A stretch of DNA of 64,000 nucleotides, from positions 120,280,001-120,344,000 of the forward strand of contig OX597819.1 in assembly GCA_951406725.2 (NCBI GenBank), read 5' to 3'. This document shows, in pieces, positions 53,781-64,000 of the stretch (positions within the stretch are counted from its first letter, which is position 1; each line of letters opens with the position of its first letter). The notes below the pieces were generated by a model that was not told where the DNA came from, did not search any database, and saw only the letters and a program-made list of their open reading frames with translations. The translations under genes and the position numbers were made by a program. The DNA comes from Octopus vulgaris (lineage: Eukaryota).

Positions 53781-53849
53781 CATACATAGACATGCACGCA
53801 CACACATCGATGCATTTGTTTTTCGTAAATGCCTAAGTTCCTCGTACTT

Positions 53850-54110
53850 TTCCATCTATTTAACCGTGAATTCCAAACAATCACTTCTGCGCAAATGAAA
53901 CCACCATCCTTGTTACATCTAAGCATCATACACACAAACCATTGAAATATCACGCCAAATTTGTTCTAGAAAATAACCTTCAGTGGAATTGTGCCAATCT
54001 TGCCAATGTACTATCAAGAAATACCATCAGCCCAACCACTAAAAAGCCGCATGTTCGTGTAACATGCAGCAAGAGACCTCAAGAGCATTTCAAATGCTAA
54101 ACCTATCCCA
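53850..54110 (+). pseudogene. Very decayed Penelope-like GIY-YIG C-terminal remnant
   Basis: With frameshifts reads NETT..CYI*...IEIS.QI...CNL...KYH...LKSR...TC; weak. Confidence 0.3.
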
Positions 54111-54364
54111 GATTTTTCAGAACATTCCAAAAAATTCCGTTTGACTGGCCTCAAATAAATATTTATCATTTATCTTTCACTTGTTTCTTTCATTAGACTG
54201 CGGCCGTCTAATTTTAGTCAGATCAAGCGATCCAAATACATTTTTCCTTGCTTTGCTTTTTAAAGCCTGGTACTTATTCTATCGGACTCTTTTGCCGAAT
54301 CCCTAGTTACGGGGACATAAACACACCAACATCGGTTGTCAAGCAGTGGCAGGGAACAGTCTCA

Positions 54365-54650
54365 TATATATATATATACATACATATACATACGTATATA
54401 TATATACATACATATACATACGTATATATATATACATACATATACATACGTATATATATACATACGTATATATATACATACATATACATACGTATATATA
54501 TACATACATATACATACGTATATATATACATACATATATATACGTATATATATACATACATATACATACGTATATATATATATATATACATACATATAAA
54601 TATATATATATACATACATATAAATATATATATATATACATACATATATA
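54365..54650. repeat. TATACATACG-type minisatellite
   Basis: Direct reading. Confidence 0.9.
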
Positions 54651-54709
54651 AAAACATAAACTTTTCTTTAAAATGTTAAGAGTAAAAGATATTTTATATG
54701 ACACATTCT

Positions 54710-54785
54710 GCCAGTATACGAAATTTGAAAATGTTTAGTTACAAAAAAATATTTTCTTCATCTGCCGGTCAAAAGGTAAAGATCC
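54710..54785 (-). mobile_element. Solo end of the 3304-type TIR element
   Basis: Reverse complement of 3304-3380. Confidence 0.75.
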
Positions 54786-55767
54786 TAGTTTACGCACGAT
54801 CAGATTTCATAGTTTCATTTAAAATTGGCCAGGTATAAATTTATTGATCATGTCTGCATTTGGTGAAAATTTCAGAGTGCTCTGCTATTTTCCTTTGCAA
54901 AATCGGAATGACAGTCTGAGAAATGAACCCGACGAGCTGGAGTGACAGTTTCAGCGAGCGCCGCTGACCATTCTCCGCGGCAACGCCTGTGCAGTTATGT
55001 CCGAGAGGCGCAGCTGAATACACGATTTGAACTGAGATGTACAACCAGTTACCCGCTATCATCCACCTCTTTCCTTGTCTAATTCCGCTGTTTTTTCTTT
55101 GCTCCCTCGTTGAAGTAATTCTGTTTTAGTTTTGTTTCGATAATTCAATATTTTTTCATACATTTGTTGTTTTTAGTCGTTTTCTACATTGAAAGGTCAA
55201 GTCTTTCTCGTAGTTATTTATCAGTGTTGAGCCACAAGATTGGTAACTTTTTGTTTCATAGAAGAAAAACTGAACTGATATCATTCACTGAATTAATTCA
55301 TTCTTTATATAACAGAATTACGTCAAGTATAAAATTCCACAATTTTAATAGCGCCACTGCTTTGCGTTTCTGCCCCGCCTCCTTCACATGACCGATGTTA
55401 CTCCCGTCTATCTCTCACTCTCACTCATGACGTCTTTCCTCCTACCTCACTTATTGCTTCTACTGTTGAAAGCTTAAAAGTAAATAAACTTACCTCACTA
55501 TATCAAAATCTATACATAATAATTAATAATAAAAATAATGGTGTCAGATTTAGGTACAAAGCTAGGAAGTTCGGGTGAGTAAATCGATTACATCAAGCCC
55601 CCTTCCCCCTACAGCTCAACTGATACTTATCGACCCCAAAATGATGACAAAGTTGACTCCGGCGGCATTTGAGCTCAGAAATGCCGCTAAGTATTTTTTA
55701 CCAGCGTAGTAACGATTCTGCCAGTTCGGTTCGCCGCTTTAATAATAATAATAATATTAATTAGTTC

Positions 55768-55979
55768 TGTCGTGTCTGGGGAGAGTCATTCTCTTTTAGT
55801 GCCTTATTATATAACACACTCACTGGTAAAATTTCCACTTTTTTCTTATTTTTATTTTCCTAAAATTTTCGTTGCATCTTGCATCCTTTTCAATAGCCTT
55901 GACTTTCCCCAGACACAACAGAATATGCTTCAACATACGAACTCATATAAAGAATCTTGCAAACCAAATCCAAAAACGA
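55768..55979 (-). mobile_element. Penelope-like insertion with 24-bp inverted segment and 15-bp TSD
   Basis: TSD AATATTAATTAGTTC (55753-55767 / 55980-55994); 55765-55788 inverted at 55900-55923; hammerhead-like motif on - strand. Confidence 0.65.
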
Positions 55980-56264
55980 AATATTAATTAGTTCGGTATT
56001 TACGTTAATTTATAATGAAAAATTTCTAACACGGGTTGCAAATCACTAAACAAGTGACGCATGCCTTGTTTTAGTTCAATTTATACAAATGGATTGTTAT
56101 ATCTTGTTCTTAAATTTCTATATGTAGCTTGAAAAAGTTGGAGTGTTCCTCTTCATTTCAGAAAGATAAAGCTGGGTTTTATTAGCGACTTTTGAAACTT
56201 CTCTCGATCATTCTTATGTAGTATTTGGTAGTGAGATTAACTGAATTTACATCGACACACAAGT

Positions 56265-56530
56265 AGAGGCGCAATGGCCTAGTGGTTAGGGCAGCGGACT
56301 CGCGGTTTCGATTCCCAGACCGGGCGTTGTGAGTGTTTATTGAGCGAAAACACATAAAGCTCCACGAGGCTCCGGCAGGGGGTGGTGGCGATCCTTGCTG
56401 TACTCTTTCGCCACAACTTTCTTCTGTTGGCCTGCGGGGTGGCGTCATTTGAAGGCTAAAACAATGCAAAGTGCATTGTGACCAGCGATGTGTAGCAACA
56501 TCTGATAGCCTGGTCGGTCACGGTGACGTT
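56265..56530 (+). mobile_element. SINE-B variant (28750-type tail)
   Basis: TSD GACACACAAG. Confidence 0.88.
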
Positions 56531-57687
56531 GACACACAAGATTACTGCTTTTGTACCAATTAGTGAGTACACTTAGCATTATTTTCTCCAGAACTTACAA
56601 GTCGTTTGCATACAATATTTTAAATATTGGTTGAGTGACTGACCATGTAGTATCTATGGTCTAACAGAAAGTAGAGGTAAACATCGACTTTTCGGACACG
56701 GATGATATAGAACCACTTATATTCCACACTAACTTACCTGTATTTCACTTAAGTAAATTTAATAGGTGCTTTATATTATGTTGACTGCATTAATTTACAG
56801 ATCCTTTCAGTTAATTATTTAAGTAAGCTTAATAGGTGTTTACGCGGACCAAAGTAACTGCACCTGGTTTGGCAAAATCAATAACCCAGAAAGGCTGTGG
56901 AGCCAAAGGTTCCGGAAAATCGATGTTGTACCTGTTTTGGTTTTGACATTTAGAAAGAGGTACGAGTTAAACCACATAATGTTGAGTCTTATAAATTTAT
57001 TAGTTGAGAAAGGATGATAGCTTCGGAGTGAAGTGACTTTTCAGTTATTCCTTGTAGAAAGGAAGAGAGAAAAATGCATGTCACACCTGTAATACGCCAG
57101 CAAAGCCTTGAGGTCTTTATAAGTTCCACAAAATAATCAGAGATCAAGACTGAAGTTAGCAGTTTAACCCGTCCATCTTTTAACATGAGTTGTAACAGAG
57201 TTGAAGAATTAAAACCAAAAACAAAATAACATTTTATTACTTCATTATTTTTTATTTATTTTTTCCAAAAAAAAAAAAAAATCTTTATTGCCATTCCTTC
57301 TCTGAAAGAGTTTGGACGTGGGTTACATCTTTCTTTTCCACTCCAACAAACTGACAATTCAGAAACAATATATTTACATCCAGTGACTGTTGCAAGCTTA
57401 GTATAATCATTATAATTAATTTAGTGTGGATTGTGTCCATCATACACCAGGATAAATTCTTGTAGGAATGGCATTCTAAACAGCAGATACTGCAAAGGCT
57501 GCGTGCGATGTACACACATTATACACACATTTAATCTATTTACACATTATACACACCTGAATATTAGAGTATATGCATACCTCTCTCTCTCTCTCATGTG
57601 TGTGCACATATAGATAGATAGATGCATACATATACATACATTTGAGTAACGTATTATGTAATCTTATGTTGTGCAAATTACATACCT

Positions 57688-57917
57688 ATTTCTTTACTGC
57701 CCACAAGGGGCTAAACAAAGAGGGGACGAACAAGGACAGACACACGGATTAAGTCGATTATATCGACCCCGGTGCATAACTGGTACTTAATTTATCAACC
57801 CCGAAAGGATGAAAGGCAAAGTCGACCTCGGCGGAATTTGAACTCAGAACGTAGCGGCAGACGAAATACCGCTAGGCATTTCACCCTGTGTGCTAACGGT
57901 TCTGCCAGCTCGCCGCC
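57688..57917 (-). mobile_element. SINE-A monomer with ~25-bp TSD
   Basis: TSD CTTATGTTGTGCAAATT(T)ACATACCT. Confidence 0.92.
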
Positions 57918-58732
57918 TTATGTTGTGCAAATTACATACCTGACAGTACTACGTTGAGGGTACAATAAAAACTCTTAATGTAACACTTGTAGCAGTATCA
58001 GATAACTCATTCGCGTATTCTTATTATATATATGTGCATATATATGTATATATATACATATATCACATATATTGTATATACACACACACATATATATATA
58101 TATATATGCACAAACACTCACATACGACATAACACAAACCATTGCATCACCAATAACAGAGGGAAAAAGTACTCAATACCTGAGGTAGAATGTATAACTT
58201 ATCAAGTCAGCCAGATCCAGAGTTCACAGAACACAGTTTGCTTCGATCCCTCACCGTAAAATCCCTGATGGCCGTCTGGTGTTTTAGAGTTAAGTTTGCA
58301 AGCCGAATGATTGAAGCGTAATTATTGTCTTCGAAACTGAGTACAGGTGAAGACCAATTCCTACTGACTTAATAACATATATCATGACAAGTATATGACA
58401 CATATATGATGTATCCACATCGAATGTGTACATTTGTATAACATACATAAAAAGATCATATATCAATACACAGAGGTAAGTTTGCTAGAGAAAGTAAACA
58501 TCAGTCTAAGCATCATATATACATATGTGTGTGTATCAAACATTATCAACCATATATACTCAAGGTATATGCTTTGTGCATTTGTCGGTATGCTGTGCTG
58601 AAAGTATTCTAACACCCAGCAGTGTGAGAGTGTTCTCCCCCACGTCAAATACATGGTGCTTGTGCATCAAATATATATGGTTGATAATATTTATTACGCC
58701 AGGGCTGCTTCAATTTCATAAGGGAATGAATG

Positions 58733-59012
58733 CATATACATATACATACATATATACATACATATATACATACATATATACATACATATATATATACATA
58801 TATATATATAGATATATATATACATAGATATATATATACATAGATATATATATACATACATATATATATACATACATACATATACATACATACATATATA
58901 TATACATACATATATATATGCATATATATATACATAGATATATATATACATACATATATATATACATACATACATATACATACATACATATATACATACA
59001 TATATATACATA

Positions 59013-59062
<50 letters not shown>

Positions 59063-59457
59063 CATACATATATACATACATACATATATACATACATATA
59101 TACATACATACATATATACATACATATATACATACATATATATATATATACATACGTACATATACATACGTACATATACATACGTATATACATATACATA
59201 CGTACATATATATACATACATACATATACATACGTACATATACATACGTATATACATATACATACGTACATATATATACATACATACATATACATATATA
59301 TACATACATACATACGTATATATATATACATATATATACATACGTATATATATACATTACATATATATATATACATACATATACATACGTATATATATAC
59401 ATTACATATATATATATATACATACATATACATACGTATATATATATATACATACAC

Positions 59458-59496
<39 letters not shown>

Positions 59497-59518
59497 CATA
59501 TATATATACATACATACA

Positions 59519-59550
<32 letters not shown>

Positions 59551-59615
59551 CACAAACATACATATATACATACATATATATATATATACATATATATACA
59601 CACACACATATATAT
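58733..59615. repeat. (ATAC)/(AT) compound satellite
   Basis: Direct reading. Confidence 0.95.
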
Positions 59616-60697
59616 GTGAGCATGTGCGTATTTGTGTGCATACCCACACATATATACATATATCTATATGTTACAGAACAGATTTCCTTAATCGTAGAGA
59701 TAATGCATCTACAAATTCAAGACAAAGTACTCTACGCACTTACTCATGCATGATCTCACGTTAATCAAATATACATCAATCATACAAATCACATAAATCA
59801 AGAATTCAAGCATACATAGACATATAAACCCAATCACAATGCATTCTAGTCTGTGCACATATGCAAGAATTTGGCAGGTATATATATACATATATATATA
59901 TATTGGCATATTGGGACAAAAAGGAAGACTATGAGCACACTCGAATTATTAAATATATGTATATAAAGCAGGAAAAAAAAAAACCTCTAGAAATATATAC
60001 ACACAGACACACGTGGCTGCACACCCAGCTAGTCCTACTTTCTTGCAAATGCACAATCCTACGTTGCATATGTAAATGCACCAACATACTTCTTCAGATT
60101 GTCTGCATGTGTGTGTGCGCATGCGAATGCATACTATTATGTTTAAACATAAATAAGCACACAAGTACTGTATGTGTATGTATGTGACCATACACACACA
60201 CACACATATATGATAAACACACAAGTATTGTGAGTGTATGCATGTTGCGTGTATATGAGCACACAGTGTGATAAACATACATATACTATATTTGTATTTA
60301 TGTTTAAATATAAATATATATATATATATATATACACACACAAACACATACTGAAACATGCCGTATGTATATTTATATACACACACATATACACATATGT
60401 ATGTATACATATATACCTACATATTTATAAATGTGTAATTGTATATTTGTGTATGTGTATGTATATATATATATACACACATCTAGATACATATATATAC
60501 TTGCATTATATACTATGAAATAGCGTCGGTGACCTACTCACAGAATTGTGAAGGAACTATTTTTTATCTTGTAACAGCAAGTACTATTAAGACAAAAAAA
60601 AAAAAAAAAAAACCCCAGCAAATAGTGAACGTAACACCACTTCTGTGTTCTTAAATGGCTTAAACTATTTTCCCAGAATTCATTGTTCCCATTGATT

Positions 60698-60739
<42 letters not shown>

Positions 60740-61814
60740 ACACACACACACAAGTATATGTGTCACTTGAATGTTGACTTTCCGAAGAGAGAGTACTTAG
60801 TAATAGAAAGTCATGATTTTTTTTATTTTGGTCAAGTTCGTCTCTTGCTCTGTTGAGCTTTGTTTTGTTGGTACACAGGGTCTTCAGGCCAAGCAAGTTA
60901 TGAGCTACAGCATTTGTAACTCGCCTGAACATACTATGCACTCGCTGGTAAAACTCAGAGCAGCTGGAAACTATCTTGACCAAAATAAAAATAATTTATA
61001 CCCGGATATGTCTCCAACAATAATAACTCTTTACTATAGTGGGCTATGGTGCCCCATTTATGACTAAATGACTTCATCAGTTGGTGCTATTGAGTTAGAC
61101 ATGGCCTGGGCCCTATACTGGCTGAAACCTATCAAAGTTATTAACTATATTGAGCATATACACACTTAGAGATATATAGGATTTATAAATAAAAAATCTT
61201 TACAGTTAATATAAGTTAATTAATTATTCACATTCTTGAGTGAGTTTACTGCAAGTTAAAAATTCTAAAGAGGTCTAGTATGATATGGCACTAGATCTGA
61301 TGCTAATTGCTGTAGTTTATCTTCCAGAGACTAAGAAGTGGCCAGATTACAAGAATTTCAAGACATATGACATGACTAAATTGTTAAAATTACTTGGTAA
61401 TATGAACCCAAATCCGAAACCAATATGAGGAATTTCTTATTTCAAACATGAAATAAAAGCATAGTCTACACTTGGTGTAATCTTTAGAAATGATCTACCA
61501 GCCAACAATAGTGGCTTAGTTATATTTCCATTTGAGGTTCTGGGTTTTTTATTTCTTTTTTTTATTTCTTTTTATTTCTAGTCTTAAGATATATTGTTGT
61601 CTTTACTAAATACAGTATGTATTTTAAATATATACTTAATTATATATACACTCGCGTAAGATCAGTTGTCACGCTCCATTATCTGCTTTGTAGAAAGCAT
61701 GCCAAAACAGGCGTTGGAATATGCTGCATTCCTTTCGGCTGTTGGACCCTGTCAAGTTGTCCAAAGCATGGCAACATGGACAGTGGAGGTTAATTATAGA
61801 TTATAATATCTACA

Positions 61815-61852
<38 letters not shown>

Positions 61853-61979
61853 CACACATCTATAAATATATACTGATATTATGTACATATTTATAATTAC
61901 ATTTTTATAAGTATATATATATATATATATTGATGTCTCCTATAAAATGTCACACACTCACATATTTTTGCAAGTGTGT

Positions 61980-62260
61980 GAATTTATATATATTATAAAT
62001 AATGTATATATTTATATATGTACTATCAGTAAATACATATTTATAAATATATAAATACATTTATAAATATATACATGTATAAATAGACACAAATATATAT
62101 TATATACATTTATAAATATATATGTTAGTAGATACATATTTATAAATATATAAATACATTTATAAATATATAAATATATAAATTTATAAATATATACATG
62201 TATAAATAGTCACAAATATATATTATATACATTTATAAATATATATGTTAGTAGATGCAT
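61980..62260. repeat. AT-rich minisatellite ACATTTATAAATATAT with ~125-bp duplication
   Basis: ATACATGTATAAATAG.CACAAATATATATTATATACATTTATAAATATATATGTTAGTAGAT occurs at ~62071 and ~62194. Confidence 0.8.
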
Positions 62261-62608
62261 ACAAGCACTCACACACATGTATATATATATATTTATATGC
62301 GGATACAGACATATATATATATGAGCGATATTCCTATGCCTAACTATTTGATGCAGTTCACATTCATATCCTAGCATCTCCCAATGACCAACCTCAAGTG
62401 CACAAATCTTTGGGGCCCGTAGAATCTATCTGATTTCCTTGCCACACAATTATATCGGGGACCTAACACTTCAAACGCAGGTGTGTATTTATCACTTAGC
62501 CATTTCTGCACAAAAACACAAATGCTCGACATATAAATGTATGTATAAATGTGCGTGTGTATGTATGCGCATGCATAAGTGTGTATAAATGCACATATAT
62601 TTGCATAT

Positions 62609-62676
<68 letters not shown>

Positions 62677-63149
62677 GTGTATATATACATACACATGTAT
62701 GTAAATGTACATAAGTAATATGTATGGTGTATGATATATGTTTATGTATTGGTAAGTCTCCGTTGGAGACAGTGCAATGTAACAGCCAATGCGACTACTG
62801 CAACAGCTGTTATTAAACAACAACAACAAACAAAAAAATTAAATTTAAAAAAAAAAAAAATTGAACAATAAATTAAAATTTTTGAAGGAAGAAAAAACAT
62901 TTTTTAAAAAAATAAAAAAATAAATTTAAATATCTGCCGTTGTTTGTTTTAGAATAAGTTCCGTTCTAAAGTTCTTTCACATAAGCTAGTAAAATCAGAT
63001 TTGACTAGTCTCATCCTATCTTTAGTTATACCTAAGAGGAAAAAAAAAAAAATATAATAAATAAACAAATTCATCACATAGATTATCCTTAAGCAAGGAT
63101 TAACACCATGTTCTGTTTTTGTTAATCATTTAGATGAATATTATTTTAA

Positions 63150-63534
63150 CCCATTTGTCACCATATATCCATTGCTATTGTTTCAATTAATTTCAGAAAA
63201 GAATGAAGAGTTTATTAAACTAACTTTCTCATTAATAAGCTGGGGGTTTGAAACATAAATGAAAATGAAATTTTGATTGAAGGTTTTTAGATCACTTTAA
63301 CACTTTTGTTACCATATATCTAACGAAATGCATTGCCATTATTTTAATTAGAATTTTATTATTTTTTTTATTATTTTAATAATGAAGAATAGTAAAAATA
63401 ATCTTGTAATTATTTAACTGGTGTCTGGAATATATATTAACAGAAAATATTAATGAGGAATTTTGAGATCACTTAACAGCAGGAGGTAAGTGTCATAGAA
63501 CCAGGGGCGGTTTCAGGTGTTTGGCATCAAAGGG
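63150..63534. mobile_element. piggyBac-like MITE with internal ~150-bp tandem duplication
   Basis: TTAA-CCCATTTG ... CAAAGGG-TTAA termini; second unit starts TTAACACTTTTGTTACCATATATC. Confidence 0.6.
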
Positions 63535-64000
63535 TTAATTTAATATTTGACTTGGATCAAATCTGTTTTAAGATTGCTACTCACATTTCTTGGTTTTCTT
63601 TGGTAGAATTTTAATTTTTTTTTTTTTGGTTTTTGAAATTTTTGATGTTTAAATTTGTTAATTTTTATCTATTTTTAGCTATCTACAATTTATATTTTTT
63701 TTTAACTTCATAAATGAAAATTTAAAAAACAATTTTTTTCCTTTTTAAAATAATCCTTTAAATTTTAAATTATTTTGTTTTCTTTCCTGTTTTTCTTCAT
63801 TATATGTTTTCTCTTTCTCCTTTGTATTTGCATCTCAGTCTGCCCATCTTTCTTTTTCCTCTTATTCTATTGTCTCTTTTCCTTTTGTAAAATACATTTC
63901 TAAAGGAAAATGAAAACAAGAGGCATATTTACATCTTAGCAAAGATGCATTTAAAGAAAAATGTTTCCTCATCGCCCATTGTCTTAAAAAAAAAAACGTA

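Noticed and set aside
57270-57295. Minus-strand AATAAA with T-rich downstream tract (possible 3' UTR end)
   Set aside because: Common by chance in AT-rich DNA; no coding exon seen in the window.
58300-58350. Hammerhead-like GAAG…CTTC-GAAAC-TGA-GTA
   Set aside because: Core and stem I not recoverable.

Overview
AT-rich, microsatellite-dense eukaryotic DNA. The SINE families, (TA)n/(ATAC)n load and TE mix point to a cephalopod, probably Octopus (inference from recalled repeat families). No host protein-coding exon, rRNA, intact tRNA or CRISPR array can be supported, so this reads as intergenic or deep intronic sequence. Most ORFs in the track are microsatellite artefacts or decayed TE fragments. 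Contents: three high-copy tRNA-derived SINE families (called A, B, C here); a near full-length decayed R4/Dong-type LINE beside (TAA)n; CR1 and RTE/BovB LINE fragments; mariner, Tc1, pogo-like and piggyBac-like elements; 8-bp-TSD TIR elements; non-autonomous Helitrons; Penelope-like remnants. Most interesting observations: (1) six minimal hammerhead-ribozyme-like motifs in Penelope-like remnants, including G3-C8 and U3-A8 core variants; (2) SINE-A head-to-tail multimers with a recurrent junction; (3) a 427-bp retro-insert sharing the SINE-A tail; (4) a likely inversion marked by an identical ~106-bp inverted duplicate; (5) an indel-free 26-bp quasi-palindromic array; (6) a duplicated RFX+CRE composite motif. 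All calls are by eye, with approximate coordinates and no database search.
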